Part shown: one piece after another, positions 17,301 to 32,160 of the stretch
Layout of the letters: each line of letters begins with the position of its first letter
Position numbering within the stretch: the first letter of the stretch is position 1
DNA from: an uncultured Nitrospirota bacterium
GTDB taxonomy: Bacteria > CG2-30-53-67
Length of the DNA: 35,689 nt
Assembly (NCBI GenBank): GCA_964420895.1
Contig: CAYQVN010000001.1
Span: forward strand, 1-35,689
Direction of reading: 5' to 3'
Notes under the pieces: model-generated
Told to the model about the DNA's origin: nothing
The model's input: the letters and a program-made list of their open reading frames with translations, nothing else
Databases searched by the model: none
Made by a program: the position numbers and the translations under genes

Positions 17301-18305
17301 CGGAAACGGAGTCTCATGGTCGGTTACAAGGTGAAGGACTCGATCCGCGAGGAAGCGTCCGGCAAGGTCCTGGTGAAAAAAGGCGGCAGTCTGTCGGCGG
17401 ACACGATCGAATCGCTCCCCCTGGAGATCTTTGAAGGGATCGAAGTGGCTGCCGATGACAGTTTGAACGAGAAACTCGAAGAACTGGAAGACGGCTATCG
17501 GGCTAATCTCGACGATATCCACGGGTACTATGACGAAAAGATCAACCGTGTCCGTAAAGGGGATGAACTTCCGCCGGGCGTGATCAAGATGGTCAAAGTC
17601 TATGTGGCGATGAAACGCCGGCTCTCCGTGGGAGACAAGATGGCCGGACGGCACGGCAACAAAGGTGTGGTCTCAAAAATCCTGCCGGTGGAAGATATGC
17701 CCTATCTCCCCGACGGGACCTCTGTGGATATTGTCTTGAACCCCCTCGGGGTTCCCTCTCGTATGAATATCGGACAGGTTCTGGAGACCCATCTCGGATG
17801 GGCGGCCAAGGCCCTGGGGATTCATATCGCCACGCCGGTCTTCGACGGGGCCACGGAAGAGGAGATCAAGGGGATGCTCCGGGAGGCGAATCTCCCGGAA
17901 CGGGGACAGACGGTCCTCCATGACGGGAAAACAGGTGTGGCCTTCGATCAGGAGGTGACCGTCGGCTACATGTATATTATCAAGCTGCACCATCTGGTGG
18001 ACGACAAACTCCATGCCCGGTCGATCGGTCCTTACTCCCTGGTGACACAGCAACCCCTGGGAGGGAAGGCGCAGTTCGGTGGGCAGCGGCTGGGCGAGAT
18101 GGAGGTTTGGGCCCTGGAGGCCTATGGAGCCGCGCACACCCTGCAGGAGTTTCTCACCGTCAAATCGGATGATGTCCCCGGGCGGACCCGGATCTATGAA
18201 TCGATTGTCAAGGGGCAGAACACCCTGGAATCGGGACTCCCGGAATCCTTTAATGTACTCGTCAAAGAGCTGCAGAGCCTCTGTCTCGACGTAGAACTCA
18301 TTTAA
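14343..18305 (+). CDS. rpoB: DNA-directed RNA polymerase subunit beta (1320 aa)
   Basis: Conserved blocks are present throughout, for example [41 protein letters not shown] and [18 protein letters not shown] Shine-Dalgarno lies upstream. Confidence 0.98.
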   Translation: MPKISKPSLRVRKDFSKIQAAMDVPDLIEVQKRSYSLFLQDHLASDKRESNGLQAAFESVFPISDFNETLSLEFVDYSLGEPKYDIMECLQRGTNYAAPLRVRVRLIVYDLPEEGEGTKSVRDIKEQEVYMGEIPLMTPNGTFVVNGTERVIVTQLHRSPGAFFSHDKGKASAPEKYLYTARIIPYRGSWLDFEFDAKELLYVRIDRRRKLLATILLRALEYSTEELLRIYYNVEKFQVGDKRTLVKEVNADTLKGTTSTSNIYAPGTRKVLVKEGHKFTKIALKRIMESGLKEIKVTPEELVGRVVLGDIVDPETGEVLVEGNTELTEETIELILEKKVRDFELLFVDNVHASSALRDTLAHDKISTPQEAMIEIYKRMRPGEPPTLETARDLFQNLFFNPRRYDLSPVGRLKMNHKLGFDTPMTTRTLTKDDIIGTVKYLIDLKNGVVPVDDIDHLGNRRVRSVGELLENQIRIGLVRMERTIRERMNLQDSETVLPKTLINAKPVSAAIKEFFGSSQLSQFMDQTNPLSEITHKRRLSALGPGGLTRERAGFAVRDVHPTHYGRICPIETPEGPNIGLITSLSTYARVSDYGFIEAPFRKVEKGKVVDQIDFLTALEGEQYVIAQANTPIDKKGKISVELVSARSKGDFLMVPPEQIDYMDVSPKQMVSVATSLIPFLEHDDANRALMGSNMQRQAVPLLKTEAPVVGTGMEAVVARDSGAVSIARRAGMVDFVDAEKIVVKTVKEKKGKEGVGASRLDIYNLLKYKRSNQNTCINQKPIVKKGDRVAQGQIIADGPATEQGELALGQNALVAFMPWRGYNYEDAILISEKLVREDRFTSIHIEEFSIEARDTKLGQEDVTQDIPNVSEEALRNLDESGIICVGAEVKHGDILVGKVTPKGETQLTPEEKLLRAIFGEKAGDVRDASLKVPPGIEGTVVDVKVFVRRGVEKDERALSIENEEVERIRKDYEEELRIIQEEHLSRKRSLMVGYKVKDSIREEASGKVLVKKGGSLSADTIESLPLEIFEGIEVAADDSLNEKLEELEDGYRANLDDIHGYYDEKINRVRKGDELPPGVIKMVKVYVAMKRRLSVGDKMAGRHGNKGVVSKILPVEDMPYLPDGTSVDIVLNPLGVPSRMNIGQVLETHLGWAAKALGIHIATPVFDGATEEEIKGMLREANLPERGQTVLHDGKTGVAFDQEVTVGYMYIIKLHHLVDDKLHARSIGPYSLVTQQPLGGKAQFGGQRLGEMEVWALEAYGAAHTLQEFLTVKSDDVPGRTRIYESIVKGQNTLESGLPESFNVLVKELQSLCLDVELI

Positions 18306-18321
18306 GTTGGGAGGAATTGCA

Positions 18322-22446
<4,125 letters not shown>

Positions 22447-22487
22447 TAGATTTACCGTTTTTCCGGTTGAAAAAGCGGAAAAATCTC

Positions 22488-22517
22488 TTGACAGATCCTT
22501 TGCAGTTCTGATACATT
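22488..22517 (+). promoter_or_regulatory. candidate sigma70 promoter for rpsL-rpsG-fusA-tuf
   Basis: Consensus -35 TTGACA (22488..22493), a 17-18-nt spacer, then ATACAT/TACATT (22511..22517). It overlaps a 10-bp inverted repeat, ATTGCTGAGG (22515..22524) and CCTCAGCAAT (22546..22555). Confidence 0.4.
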
Positions 22518-22627
22518 GCTGAGGTTTTTCGCCTGAGGGGGAGATCCTCAGCAATTTATTCTTTACCCCTTGAAAACAAAGGGGATTCGAATCAAGGTGC
22601 AATGCCCGACGGGCTGGAGGTGATGAA

Positions 22628-23002
22628 GTGCCGACCATCAATCAGTTGGTCAAGAAGGGGAGAAGCAAAACCAAGAAGAAGACAAGTGCGCCTGCCTTGC
22701 AGGGGAGCCCGCAGAAGCGTGGGGTCTGTACGCGCGTTTATACCTCGACGCCGAAGAAACCGAATTCAGCCCTCCGCAAGGTGGCTCGTGTCCGGCTGAC
22801 CAATGGCTATGAGGTGACGACCTATATCCCGGGGATGGGACACAGTCTGCAGGAACACTCCATTGTCCTGTTGCGGGGCGGCCGGGTGAAGGATCTGCCG
22901 GGTGTCCGGTACCACATCGTCCGGGGGACCCTCGACTCGACGGGTGTGGCTGACCGGAAGAAGGCTCGATCCAAATACGGGACGAAACGTCCGAAAAAAT
23001 AG
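22628..23002 (+). CDS. rpsL: 30S ribosomal protein S12
   Basis: GTG start after GGAGG. The sequence (M)[11 protein letters not shown]...[16 protein letters not shown] is canonical. Confidence 0.97.
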   Translation: MPTINQLVKKGRSKTKKKTSAPALQGSPQKRGVCTRVYTSTPKKPNSALRKVARVRLTNGYEVTTYIPGMGHSLQEHSIVLLRGGRVKDLPGVRYHIVRGTLDSTGVADRKKARSKYGTKRPKK

Positions 23003-23022
23003 TGGAAGCGGGAGAATAATTT

Positions 23023-23493
23023 ATGGCACGCCGAAGAGTGGCCACAAAACGGGAAATTTTGCCGGATCCTAAGTTTCACAACAAACAGGTGACCCGGTTT
23101 ATCAATGGTTTCATGCGTCAGGGGAAAAAGAGCCTGTCAGAGAAGATCTTCTATGACGCGATGGAGATTATTGAGCAGAAGACCGGAGATGATCCGCTTC
23201 AGGTTTTTACCAAGGCGATCGATAATGTCAAGCCGATGGTAGAGGTCCGTTCCCGTCGGGTCGGTGGTTCAACCTATCAGATACCTGTTGAGGTTCGTGG
23301 GGCGAGGCGGCTTGCCTTAAGTCAGCGCTGGCTCATTAGCTATGCACGGGCACGGGGTGAGAAGACCATGAAAGAGCGCCTTGCCGGGGAATTAATGGAT
23401 GCGGCGAAGAATACGGGGGCTTCTGTGAAGAAGCGTGAGGATACCCACAGGATGGCGGAAGCGAACAAGGCCTTTGCCCATTACAGGTGGTAA
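23023..23493 (+). CDS. rpsG: 30S ribosomal protein S7
   Basis: [18 protein letters not shown]...AHYRW is canonical, at 156 aa. Confidence 0.97.
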   Translation: MARRRVATKREILPDPKFHNKQVTRFINGFMRQGKKSLSEKIFYDAMEIIEQKTGDDPLQVFTKAIDNVKPMVEVRSRRVGGSTYQIPVEVRGARRLALSQRWLISYARARGEKTMKERLAGELMDAAKNTGASVKKREDTHRMAEANKAFAHYRW

Positions 23494-23549
23494 TAATGCC
23501 CGCAATTGCAGTGCGAAATGTCGAAGAGCAGTCTCGGAGGAAACAAGGG

Positions 23550-25640
23550 TTGGGCAGAGAATATCCTTTATTGAAATATCGCAACATCGGGATTATGGCC
23601 CATATCGATGCGGGAAAGACCACGACGACGGAGCGGGTTCTTTTCTATTCCGGGATTTCCCATAAAATGGGTGAGGTTCATGATGGCGCGGCCGTAATGG
23701 ACTGGATGGTGCAGGAACAGGAACGTGGAATTACAATCACTTCCGCCGCGACGACCAGTTTCTGGCTCGGCCACCGGATCAATATTATTGACACACCCGG
23801 TCACGTCGATTTTACCATTGAAGTGGAGCGTTCTCTCCGGGTTCTCGATGGGGCCATTGCCGTTTTCTGCGCTGTGGGAGGTGTTGAACCCCAGTCGGAG
23901 ACCGTTTGGCGTCAGGCGGACAAGTACGGGGTGCCTCGTATCGCCTTCGTGAACAAGATGGATCGTATGGGGGCCGATTTTGACCGTTGCGTGGCGATGA
24001 TCCACGGGCGATTGGGAGCAAATCCTGTCCCGGTCCAGCTCCCCGTCGGCAAGGAAGAAACCTTTGTGGGAGTGATTGACCTGGTCTCGATGAAAGCCCT
24101 CCTCTGGGAGGATGAAGCGGCCCTCGGTCAGATGTTTACGGTGACTGACATTCCAGCTGAGATGGAGGAGCCTGCAGCCCGTTTTCGGGAGAAGTTGATT
24201 GAAGCGGTGGCGGAGTACGACGAATCGCTGATGAACGATTACCTCGAAGGGAAGGATCTGACGGAAGATGCGATCCGCGCGGCCCTTCGGAAAGCGACGT
24301 TGGACCTGAAGATTGTGCCCGTGCTCTGCGGTTCGGCCTTCCGGAACAAAGGTGTCCAGCCCCTCTTGGATGCCGTGATTAATTATCTTCCCTCCCCCTT
24401 GGATGTTCCCCCTGTGGAAGGCCTCCTTCCCGGAAGTAAAGAAGCCAAAAAAATCACACGCAAAGCCGACGACGACGAGCCTTTTTCCGCCCTGGCCTTC
24501 AAGATCATGACCGATCCCTATGTGGGGCAGCTCTCCTTTTTCCGTGTCTATTCGGGAACCCTCGAGGCAGGGAATCAGGTCTATATCTCCTCTTGGGGAC
24601 GAAAGGAGCGGGTCGGCCGGATTCTCCGGATGCATGCCAACAAGCGGGAGGATATCAAAGAGGTCCGTGCCGGAGATATTGTGGCGGCCGTCGGCCTGAA
24701 CCACTGCTGCACGGGGGACACCCTCTGTGATCAAAAACACCCGGTTGTCTTGGAATCTCTCGAATTCCCGGAGCCGGTCATCTCCGTAGCCATCGAGCCG
24801 AAGACCAAGATGGATCAGGAAAAGCTGGGCATTTCCTTGTCCAAGCTGACCCAGGAAGATCCCTCCTTCCGGGTAACAACAGACCGGGAAACGGGACAGA
24901 CGATCATCTCCGGTATGGGTGAACTGCACTTGGAGATTATTGTCGACCGTTTGATGCGGGAATTCAAGGTCGACGCCAATGTGGGGAAACCCCAGGTCGC
25001 CTATCGTGAATCTCTTCATAAGAGCGTGAAAGCGGAGGGACGTTTTGTCCGTCAAACGGGCGGCCGCGGTCAGTACGGCCATGTCAATATCCGTCTGGAG
25101 CCTTTAGAGGCCGGTGCGGGAATTCAGTTTGTGGACGAGACCAAAGGGGGCGTGATTCCGAAAGAGTTTATCTCCTCCGTCGAAAAAGGTGCCCGAGGCG
25201 CCTTGGAAGGCGGGGTGCTTGCCGGCTATCCCTTAGTCGATGTTCAGGTTGTCCTCTACGACGGTTCCTATCATGATGTCGACTCATCAGAGATGTCCTT
25301 CCAGGTGGCGGCCTCCATGGCGATCAAGAACGGGGCCGGAAAAGCGGACCCCTACCTGCTCGAGCCGATGATGGCGGTGGAAGTGGTGGTCCCGGAAGAA
25401 TATATGGGGCAGGTCATCGGCGATCTGAATGCCCGACGGGGTCACATTCAGGGGATGGAGGCCCGGGGCAGCATCCAGGTGATTGCGGCCCATGTCCCCC
25501 TGGCGGAAATGTTCGGTTATTCAACGGATTTGCGTTCCGAGACGCAGGGCCGGGCAACCTATACCATGCAATTTTCCCATTATGCCGAGATTCCCCGGCA
25601 GATTGCCGATGAGATTGTGGCCAAACTACAAGGGCGATAA
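23550..25640 (+). CDS. fusA: elongation factor G (about 696 aa)
   Basis: I call a TTG start at 23550, with GGAGG (23536..23540) 9 nt upstream. This gives (M)[24 protein letters not shown], which aligns with the usual EF-G N-terminus. The ORF-track start at 23487 would add 21 non-conserved aa and overlap the rpsG stop. Confidence 0.93.
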   Translation: MGREYPLLKYRNIGIMAHIDAGKTTTTERVLFYSGISHKMGEVHDGAAVMDWMVQEQERGITITSAATTSFWLGHRINIIDTPGHVDFTIEVERSLRVLDGAIAVFCAVGGVEPQSETVWRQADKYGVPRIAFVNKMDRMGADFDRCVAMIHGRLGANPVPVQLPVGKEETFVGVIDLVSMKALLWEDEAALGQMFTVTDIPAEMEEPAARFREKLIEAVAEYDESLMNDYLEGKDLTEDAIRAALRKATLDLKIVPVLCGSAFRNKGVQPLLDAVINYLPSPLDVPPVEGLLPGSKEAKKITRKADDDEPFSALAFKIMTDPYVGQLSFFRVYSGTLEAGNQVYISSWGRKERVGRILRMHANKREDIKEVRAGDIVAAVGLNHCCTGDTLCDQKHPVVLESLEFPEPVISVAIEPKTKMDQEKLGISLSKLTQEDPSFRVTTDRETGQTIISGMGELHLEIIVDRLMREFKVDANVGKPQVAYRESLHKSVKAEGRFVRQTGGRGQYGHVNIRLEPLEAGAGIQFVDETKGGVIPKEFISSVEKGARGALEGGVLAGYPLVDVQVVLYDGSYHDVDSSEMSFQVAASMAIKNGAGKADPYLLEPMMAVEVVVPEEYMGQVIGDLNARRGHIQGMEARGSIQVIAAHVPLAEMFGYSTDLRSETQGRATYTMQFSHYAEIPRQIADEIVAKLQGR

Positions 25641-25645
25641 TAAAA

Positions 25646-25699
25646 CAGTTCAAACAGATCAAACAGTTTAAACGGTTTAAACTGCTCAAACGGTTTAAA
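25646..25699 (+). repeat. six tandem 9-bp units (consensus C-N-G-N-T-Y-A-A-A) in the fusA-tuf leader
   Basis: The units are CAGTTCAAA CAGATCAAA CAGTTTAAA CGGTTTAAA CTGCTCAAA CGGTTTAAA. A shorter three-unit version (TCGTTCAAG CCGTTTAAA CGGTTTAAA) lies at 9341..9367 upstream of tuf copy 1. Confidence 0.85.
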
Positions 25700-26927
25700 C
25701 ATTGATTGATATAAGGAGGAAGACCGATGGCAAAGGCAAAATACGAGCGGACAAAGCCCCACGTCAATATCGGGACGATCGGGCATGTGGATCACGGCAA
25801 GACAACCTTGACGGCAGCGATCACCCGTGTTCTGGCACACCAGGGTATGGCGGAGTTCAAGGCCTTTGACCAGATCGACAACGCCCCGGAAGAGCGGGAA
25901 CGTGGGATCACCATCGCCACGGCGCACGTGGAATACGAGAGCGCAACCCGCCACTACGCCCACGTCGATTGCCCGGGCCATGCCGACTACGTCAAGAACA
26001 TGATTACCGGGGCCGCTCAGATGGATGGGGCGATTCTCGTTGTCTCGGCCGCCGACGGACCGATGCCGCAGACCCGGGAACATATTCTGTTGGCCCGCCA
26101 GGTCGGCGTCCCGTACATCGTAGTCTTTCTGAACAAGGCGGACATGGTGGACGACAAGGAACTCCTGGAACTGGTGGAACTGGAAGTTCGTGAGCTGTTG
26201 AGCAGCTACGACTTTCCCGGTGACGATATTCCGATCGTAACGGGCTCCGCCCTTCAGGCGCTGGAATGCGGCTGCGGGAAAGAGGAGTGCGAGAAATGCA
26301 AGGCGATCCTCGATCTGGTCGGCGAAGTGGACAACTACATTCCGGAACCGCAGCGTGAAATCGACAAGCCCTTCCTGATGCCGGTAGAAGATGTATTCTC
26401 CATCTCCGGTCGCGGGACCGTGGTGACGGGCCGTGTGGAGCGTGGGGTGATCAAAGTCGGCGAAGAAGTGGAAATCGTCGGAGTCCATGACACGGTCAAG
26501 ACCGTCGCCACAGGCGTAGAGATGTTCCGGAAACTTCTCGATCAGGGACAGGCGGGCGACAACATCGGCGTTCTGCTCCGGGGCACGAAGAAAGAAGATG
26601 TCGAGCGTGGTCAGGTCCTGGCGAAGCCGGGGAGCATCACGCCCCATACGAAGTTCAAAGCCGAGGCCTACATCCTGACGAAAGAGGAAGGGGGTCGTCA
26701 TACGCCGTTCTTCAAGGGATACCGTCCGCAGTTTTATTTCCGGACGACGGACGTAACAGGCGTCGTGACCCTTCCGGAAGGGGTGGAGATGGTCATGCCG
26801 GGCGACAACATCGCCGTGGCCGTGGAACTGATCACACCGATCGCGATGGAGAAAGAGCTTCGCTTCGCCATCCGCGAAGGCGGCCGGACCGTCGGCGCCG
26901 GGGTCATCAGCGAGATTATCGAATAAC
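25688..26927 (+). repeat. 1240-bp direct repeat, copy 2 (tuf plus 39-nt leader), identical to 9356..10595
   Basis: Same evidence as copy 1. The flanks differ, with fusA upstream and the rpsJ leader downstream. Confidence 0.9.
25727..26926 (+). CDS. tuf: elongation factor Tu, copy 2 (tufA-like context, downstream of fusA)
   Basis: The 399-aa product is identical to copy 1, with the same Shine-Dalgarno and leader. Confidence 0.97.
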   Translation: MAKAKYERTKPHVNIGTIGHVDHGKTTLTAAITRVLAHQGMAEFKAFDQIDNAPEERERGITIATAHVEYESATRHYAHVDCPGHADYVKNMITGAAQMDGAILVVSAADGPMPQTREHILLARQVGVPYIVVFLNKADMVDDKELLELVELEVRELLSSYDFPGDDIPIVTGSALQALECGCGKEECEKCKAILDLVGEVDNYIPEPQREIDKPFLMPVEDVFSISGRGTVVTGRVERGVIKVGEEVEIVGVHDTVKTVATGVEMFRKLLDQGQAGDNIGVLLRGTKKEDVERGQVLAKPGSITPHTKFKAEAYILTKEEGGRHTPFFKGYRPQFYFRTTDVTGVVTLPEGVEMVMPGDNIAVAVELITPIAMEKELRFAIREGGRTVGAGVISEIIE

Positions 26928-27059
26928 GGTTGGGTAGATGCTGCAAAGAAAGCGGGGCGGCGTGTAACTGCCGATTCATCGATCATCCCCTCTCTCTCCA
27001 ACAGGCCGGAGAGGGTGAAATCGAAAACGAGTAAGATGTAACGGATAGGAGTGAGGAAG

Positions 27060-27365
27060 GTGGATCAAAAGATTCGGATACGGCTGAAAGCCTATGATTA
27101 TCATTTGTTGGACCAGTCTGTTGAGGACATCGTTGATACGGCAAAACGGACGGGCGCAAGGGTTTCCGGTCCGATCCCTCTTCCCACCCGGAAAGAGAAA
27201 TTTACGGTGCTTCGTTCTCCCCATGTGGACAAGAAATCCCGTGAGCAGTTTGAGATACGGACCCATAAACGTCTGATTGACATCCTTGAACCGACGCCCC
27301 AGACGGTGGATGCCTTGATGAAACTGGACCTTTCTGCGGGTGTGGATGTTGAAATTAAATTGTAA
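27060..27365 (+). CDS. rpsJ: 30S ribosomal protein S10
   Basis: I call a GTG start at 27060, after GAGGAAGG. This gives (M)[18 protein letters not shown], which matches the E. coli [20 protein letters not shown]. The in-frame GTG at 27051 is the alternative. Confidence 0.93.
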   Translation: MDQKIRIRLKAYDYHLLDQSVEDIVDTAKRTGARVSGPIPLPTRKEKFTVLRSPHVDKKSREQFEIRTHKRLIDILEPTPQTVDALMKLDLSAGVDVEIKL

Positions 27366-27403
27366 GCCCGATGGATTGGCCCATCAGATAAAGTGAGAAA
27401 ACC

Positions 27404-28039
27404 ATGTTGACCGAGTTGATTGGACGAAAAATAGGGATGACCCAGATTTTTGAGAAAGAAGAAGGGCGTCTGACCCCCGTGACGGTGGTTCAGGTCGGTC
27501 CCTGCCGCATTGTCCAGATCAAGAGTCTGGAAAAGGAAGGGTACAATGCCGTTCAACTGGGGTTTGACGAGGAGAAGAAAAAAAGCCGCGCCAAAAAGGC
27601 TCTCGTCGGACACAGTAAGAAGCATGATGTTCAACAATTCCGTCACCTCAATGAGGTGCGGGTGGACGATGTGGCGGAGCTAACGCCGGGCATGGAGTTT
27701 ACCGCGGAGACTTTTGCCGTGGGGGACAAAGTCCATGTCACGGGAGTGAGCAAGGGCAAAGGGTTTGCCGGCGTCATGAAGCGGCACGGTTTCGGCGGCG
27801 GTCCCAAGACCCACGGTTCCCGTTTTCACCGGGCGCCGGGATCGATCGGCCAGTGCGTTTTCCCGGGAAAGATCATCAAGGGACGGGGCATGCCCGGCCA
27901 TATGGGGTGTGACCGTGTGACGGTCAAAAATCTGCAGGTTGTGGAAGTGATTCCCGATCAGAATCTGCTGTTGATCAAGGGAGCCGTCCCGGGCGCCAAG
28001 AACGGGATACTTCGCATCCGGAAGAAGACGGTTTCGTAA
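27404..28039 (+). CDS. rplC: 50S ribosomal protein L3
   Basis: Contains [25 protein letters not shown]-like and GPKTHGS motifs. Canonical position. Confidence 0.96.
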   Translation: MLTELIGRKIGMTQIFEKEEGRLTPVTVVQVGPCRIVQIKSLEKEGYNAVQLGFDEEKKKSRAKKALVGHSKKHDVQQFRHLNEVRVDDVAELTPGMEFTAETFAVGDKVHVTGVSKGKGFAGVMKRHGFGGGPKTHGSRFHRAPGSIGQCVFPGKIIKGRGMPGHMGCDRVTVKNLQVVEVIPDQNLLLIKGAVPGAKNGILRIRKKTVS

Positions 28040-28065
28040 GAAGCCATGAAGAAAGAGACGAAGGA

Positions 28066-28692
28066 ATGAAGATGATGGATGTTCTGGACCAGACGAACAA
28101 AAAAGTCGGTGAGATCGAGCTCAAGGATGATGTCTTTGGCATTGCTCCTCATGTTGCGGCCATGCACCAGGTGGTGGTCTCCCAGTTGGCAAAGGCCCGA
28201 GCGGGCACGGCCTCAACGAAGACCCGCTCCGACGTCGGCTATTCTTCGAATAAGCCCTATCGGCAGAAGGGAACCGGTCGGGCCCGGGCTGGATATCGGG
28301 GGTCACCCATCTGGCGGGGCGGCGGTGTCATTTTCGGCCCCCATCCAAAAAAATATAAGCACAAGGTCCCCAAGAAGGTTCGGCGTTTGGCTTTGAGAAG
28401 CGCTCTGGCAAGCAGGGCCCAGGAGGGGAAACTTGTGATCGTGGAGAGTCTGGAGATGGAGACGCCCAGGACCCGTGATCTGGTTGCCATTCTCAAGTCC
28501 CTGAACGTTACGGGTAAAACGCTGATCGTGACCGGTGATTTTCAGGAGAACCTGGCCCTCTCGGGAAGAAACATTCCGGAAGTTGCAGTGATCGATATGG
28601 AACTTCTGAATGTCTACGATGTGCTGAACATGGAAAATCTCGTCATGACTCGGGATGCGGTGGAAAAAGTATCGGAGGAACTGTCGGCATGA
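28066..28692 (+). CDS. rplD: 50S ribosomal protein L4
   Basis: Contains KPYRQKGTGRARAG..RSPIWRGGGVIFGP. The start is ambiguous among the ATGs at 28066, 28072 and 28075. Confidence 0.93.
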   Translation: MKMMDVLDQTNKKVGEIELKDDVFGIAPHVAAMHQVVVSQLAKARAGTASTKTRSDVGYSSNKPYRQKGTGRARAGYRGSPIWRGGGVIFGPHPKKYKHKVPKKVRRLALRSALASRAQEGKLVIVESLEMETPRTRDLVAILKSLNVTGKTLIVTGDFQENLALSGRNIPEVAVIDMELLNVYDVLNMENLVMTRDAVEKVSEELSA

Positions 28693-28979
28693 TGCGCAAT
28701 GAATATCAGCTCCTGATCCGGCCCCTGGTCACGGAGAAGAACATGCAACTCCATGAGAATCAGAACAAGGTCTTCTTTGAGGTGGCGCCCGATGCCAACC
28801 GGATCGAAGTCAAACGGGCCGTCGAGAAGGCCTTCAATGTCAAGGTAGAAAAGGTGAATATTCTGAACCAGAACGGAAAACGTGTCCGGTTCAAGATGCA
28901 GATGGGAAAACGGAAAGACTGGAAAAAAGCGATTGTAACCCTTAAAGAAGGGGAGAAGGTAGACTATCTGGAAGGCTGA
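28689..28979 (+). CDS. rplW: 50S ribosomal protein L23
   Basis: Contains IRPLVTEKNM, VAPDANRIEVKRAVEKAFNVKV and KKAIVTL. It has an ATGA overlap with the rplD stop. Confidence 0.95.
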   Translation: MMRNEYQLLIRPLVTEKNMQLHENQNKVFFEVAPDANRIEVKRAVEKAFNVKVEKVNILNQNGKRVRFKMQMGKRKDWKKAIVTLKEGEKVDYLEG

Positions 28980-29031
28980 GCAGTTACGCAACCGGATCAG
29001 TAATCATATATCTACCCTGTGGGAGTAATCG

Positions 29032-29856
29032 ATGGGCATTAAACGATATAAACCGACATCACCGGGACGACGTTTTCAAACGGTATCGGATTTTGAGGAG
29101 ATCACTACCTCGAAGCCCTACAAACCGCTTCTGCGACCCCTCAGCAAAAAGGCAGGACGGAATGTCTACGGGCGGATCACCCTGCGCCGCCGCGGGGGCG
29201 GACACAAGCGTCAATACCGCGTGATTGATTTCAAACGGAACAAGACCGGCATCCCTTCGAAGGTGATCTCCATTGAGTATGATCCGAATCGGAGCGCCCG
29301 CATCGCCTTGTTGCAGTACATCGATGGCGAAAAGCGTTATATCCTGGCGCCTCAGGGCTTGAAGGTCAATGACGAGGTTCTTTCCGGGCCGGAGGCCGAT
29401 ATCAAGCCCGGCAATGCCCTGTCTCTTCAGAACATCCCTCTCGGGACCCTGATTCATAATATCGAAATGCGCGTCGGGAAGGGTGGGCAGATGATCCGGA
29501 GCGCCGGGACCTATGCCCAGATCATGGCCAAGGAAGGAAAATACGCCCAGATTCGGATGCCCTCCGGTGAAGTCCGTATCGTGTTGCAGGAATGCATGGC
29601 CACGGTGGGACAGTTAGGGAACGCCGACCATGAGAATATTTCCATCGGGAAGGCAGGCCGCGCGCGCTGGTTGGGACGCCGTCCCAAAGTCCGCGGTGTA
29701 GTGATGAATCCCGTTGACCATCCACACGGCGGTGGAGAAGGACGCACCTCCGGTGGACGCCATCCGGTCACTCCCTGGGGGATGCCGACCAAAGGATACA
29801 AGACACGGAAAAACCGGCGGACCGATCGGTTTATCGTGAAAAAGCGAAAAGCATAA
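29032..29856 (+). CDS. rplB: 50S ribosomal protein L2
   Basis: Contains [14 protein letters not shown], a GGGHKR-like motif and [18 protein letters not shown]. Confidence 0.97.
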   Translation: MGIKRYKPTSPGRRFQTVSDFEEITTSKPYKPLLRPLSKKAGRNVYGRITLRRRGGGHKRQYRVIDFKRNKTGIPSKVISIEYDPNRSARIALLQYIDGEKRYILAPQGLKVNDEVLSGPEADIKPGNALSLQNIPLGTLIHNIEMRVGKGGQMIRSAGTYAQIMAKEGKYAQIRMPSGEVRIVLQECMATVGQLGNADHENISIGKAGRARWLGRRPKVRGVVMNPVDHPHGGGEGRTSGGRHPVTPWGMPTKGYKTRKNRRTDRFIVKKRKA

Positions 29857-29868
29857 GGGGAGGTTTGC

Positions 29869-30147
29869 GTGCCACGATCTGTAAAAAAAGGACCTTTTGT
29901 CGACAGCCATCTGGAAGCGAAGGTTCAGAAGATGAATGATTCCGGGAGCCGGGAGATTATCAAGACCTGGTCTCGGCGCTCGACCATTACTCCTGACATG
30001 ATCGGGCATACCTTCGCGGTCCATAACGGGATGAAATTTATCCCGATCTTCGTTTCGGAAAATATGGTCGGACACAAGCTCGGTGAGTTTTCCGCCACCC
30101 GGACCTATCGAGGACATCGATCCGAGAAATCGACAGGTTCCCGTTAG
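29869..30147 (+). CDS. rpsS: 30S ribosomal protein S19
   Basis: GTG start after GGAGG. Contains (M)[20 protein letters not shown] and GHKLGEF. Confidence 0.96.
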   Translation: MPRSVKKGPFVDSHLEAKVQKMNDSGSREIIKTWSRRSTITPDMIGHTFAVHNGMKFIPIFVSENMVGHKLGEFSATRTYRGHRSEKSTGSR

Positions 30148-30197
30148 GGAATCCGTCCGGCAACTGCGTTGTTTGAATGACGACTGAGGGAATGAGA

Positions 30198-30527
30198 ATG
30201 GAAGCCAGGGCAATTGCAAGACATATCCGGATCGCACCGCGCAAGGTGCGGCTGGTAATTGATACCATCCGGGGGAAAAACGTGGAAGAGGCGCTGAACA
30301 TCCTGCGTCATCTTCCCCAACGATCCGCGCCGGTAGTGGAGAAACTGCTCCAGTCGGCTATCGCCAACGCAGAGCAGAAAGAGGTCTCCGATGTGGAACG
30401 TCTCCACATCAAGGAGGTCTTTGTCAACGGTGGGGCGACGCTGAAACGGTTCATGCCACGGGCCATGGGTCGGGCGACGCCCCTGCGAAAGAGAACGAGC
30501 CACATCACGATCGTGGTGTCCGAGTAA
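30198..30527 (+). CDS. rplV: 50S ribosomal protein L22
   Basis: [29 protein letters not shown] aligns with the E. coli [36 protein letters not shown] Shine-Dalgarno lies 7 nt upstream of the ATG at 30198. The ORF-track start at 30177 adds 7 aa. Confidence 0.93.
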   Translation: MEARAIARHIRIAPRKVRLVIDTIRGKNVEEALNILRHLPQRSAPVVEKLLQSAIANAEQKEVSDVERLHIKEVFVNGGATLKRFMPRAMGRATPLRKRTSHITIVVSE

Positions 30528-30550
30528 CGATTTGATTTAGGAGGTGAATT

Positions 30551-31213
30551 TTGGGCCAGAAAGTCCATCCGATCGGATTTCGTCTGCGATACATCAAAGA
30601 CTGGAACTCGAAATGGTATGCCAAGAAGGATTACAGCACGCTTTTTCACGAGGACCTCAAGCTTCGGAAATATATCAAGGAAAAATTATACCATGCCGGA
30701 ATCGGTCGTGTTGAGATCGAGCGTGCGGCGAAGCAGGTTCGGGTGAATATCTATACGGCCCGTCCCGGGATCATTATCGGGAAAAAGGGTGCGGAGATCG
30801 ATAAGCTCAAAAACGACCTTCAGGGTGTGATCAGCAAGAATATTTACTTGAATATCCGGGAGATCCGTAAGGCCGAGATGGATGCGCAGCTGGTCTCCGA
30901 GAATGTGGCCCTCCAATTGGAGCGCCGCGTTGCCTTCCGGCGCGCCATGAAGCGAAGCGTCACCAACGCCATGCGCTTCGGCGCCAAGGGGATCAAAATC
31001 CAGTGTTCCGGACGGCTGGCCGGCGCCGAGATGGCCCGACGAGAATGGTATCGTGAAGGCCGGGTGCCGCTCCATACTCTCCGTGCGGATATCGATTACG
31101 GATTTGCCGAGGCATTGACGACCTATGGATTGATTGGGGTCAAGGTCTGGGTCTTTAAGGAAGAAATCTTGAATCCGGGGAAGAAAGACGTGCCGCAAGG
31201 ACCGCGCCACTGA
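30551..31213 (+). CDS. rpsC: 30S ribosomal protein S3
   Basis: TTG start after GGAGGTG. The N-terminus (M)[11 protein letters not shown] is canonical, and KH and S3-C domain motifs are present. Confidence 0.96.
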   Translation: MGQKVHPIGFRLRYIKDWNSKWYAKKDYSTLFHEDLKLRKYIKEKLYHAGIGRVEIERAAKQVRVNIYTARPGIIIGKKGAEIDKLKNDLQGVISKNIYLNIREIRKAEMDAQLVSENVALQLERRVAFRRAMKRSVTNAMRFGAKGIKIQCSGRLAGAEMARREWYREGRVPLHTLRADIDYGFAEALTTYGLIGVKVWVFKEEILNPGKKDVPQGPRH

Positions 31214-31239
31214 CCGGTGATTGAAGGAGCAGAAAACCG

Positions 31240-31659
31240 ATGTTGATGCCCAAAAAAGAAAAATTCCGGAAACGGCAGAAGGGAAGGAACCGTGGGAACG
31301 CCAAAGGGGGGACCCAGATCGATTTTGGAGAGTTTGGTTTGCAGGCCCTGGAAGCTGGCTGGATCTCAAGCAAGCAGATCGAAGCTGCCCGTATTGCTAT
31401 GACCCGTCATGTGAAGCGTGGCGGAAAGATCTGGATCCGGATTTTTCCCGATAAGCCGATCACTAAGAAACCGGCGGAAACCCGGATGGGCAAGGGAAAG
31501 GGCGGTCCGGAGTATCATGTGGCCGTCATCAAACCGGGCCGAATCCTCTACGAGATGGAAGGTGTGACCGGAGAGGTTGCAAAGAGTGCGCTGTTGCTGG
31601 CCGCCCGGAAGCTTTCGATCAAGACCCGTGTGATTTCCAAGCATGGAGGCGCTCTATAA
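31240..31659 (+). CDS. rplP: 50S ribosomal protein L16
   Basis: Contains [26 protein letters not shown] and ISKHGG. Canonical sequence. Confidence 0.96.
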   Translation: MLMPKKEKFRKRQKGRNRGNAKGGTQIDFGEFGLQALEAGWISSKQIEAARIAMTRHVKRGGKIWIRIFPDKPITKKPAETRMGKGKGGPEYHVAVIKPGRILYEMEGVTGEVAKSALLLAARKLSIKTRVISKHGGAL

Positions 31660-31851
31660 ATGAAAGCGAATGAGATCCGGGATTTAAGCCCGGAAGAGGT
31701 AGCGGTCAAGGAACACGACCTGGCTGAGGAACTTTTGAAACTTCGATTCCAGAAAGAGACGGGTCAGATCGGCAGTTCGGCTCGTATCCGTGAGGTTCGC
31801 AGGGACATTGCGCGGATCAAAACGATTCGGAACGAAAACCGTAAGGGATAA
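31660..31851 (+). CDS. rpmC: 50S ribosomal protein L29
   Basis: [31 protein letters not shown]. The ATG directly follows the rplP stop. Confidence 0.93.
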   Translation: MKANEIRDLSPEEVAVKEHDLAEELLKLRFQKETGQIGSSARIREVRRDIARIKTIRNENRKG

Positions 31852-31860
31852 ACAACCACT

Positions 31861-32118
31861 ATGGAAAAGAAACGAAACAAAAAGAGTCTTCAAGGGATGG
31901 TGGTGGGAAACAAGATGGACAAAACCGTCGTCGTCACGATCCAACGATCGACACAGCATCCTCTTTACAAGAAGATTGTGCGCAGAGATAAACGCTACAA
32001 GGCACACGACGAGCTGAATGAATGTCAGATCGGTGATACCGTGAAGATCATGGAATGCAGGCCGCTCAGTCGGGACAAGCATTTTCGTGTTGTGCAGATT
32101 GTCGAGCGGGCCAAATAG
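31861..32118 (+). CDS. rpsQ: 30S ribosomal protein S17
   Basis: Contains LQGMVVGNKMDKTVVV, HPLYKKIV, YKAHDE and GDTVKIMECRPLS. Confidence 0.95.
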   Translation: MEKKRNKKSLQGMVVGNKMDKTVVVTIQRSTQHPLYKKIVRRDKRYKAHDELNECQIGDTVKIMECRPLSRDKHFRVVQIVERAK

Positions 32119-32160
32119 AAGAGACGGGTTTTTTCGAGGTCGTCAAACAGGGAGTTGAAG

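Noticed and set aside
15747-17654. 635-aa minus-strand ORF inside rpoB. Similar long antisense ORFs are 14322..15398, 19114..20388, 20806..22641, 23568..25082, 9335..10723, 25580..27001, 2997..4463 (+) and 4931..5800 (+).
   Set aside because: Each lies fully antisense to an unambiguous conserved gene (rpoB, rpoC, fusA, tuf, RND/adaptor or DUF190). Their composition is Arg/Gly/Asp/His/Pro-rich and low in complexity, as expected for the antisense frame of GC-rich coding DNA. They have no Shine-Dalgarno and no recognisable motifs.
22451-22480. Weak hairpin right after rpoC (CCGTTTTT-ccggttg-AAAAAGCGG) as the rpoBC terminator
   Set aside because: The stem is A/U-rich with a G-U pair and no downstream U-tract, so it is not convincing as an intrinsic terminator.
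25646-25699. Possible CRISPR-like or minisatellite array
   Set aside because: The units are only 9 bp, contiguous and without spacers, so this is not CRISPR architecture. I kept it as a tandem-repeat finding instead.
26987-27015. Hairpin in the tuf-rpsJ gap (CTCTCTCC-aacaggcc-GGAGAGGG) as an S10-leader L4 attenuator
   Set aside because: The stem is only 8 bp and has no U-tract. I cannot match it to the E. coli S10 leader architecture by eye, and the element is not broadly conserved outside enterobacteria. I left it unannotated.
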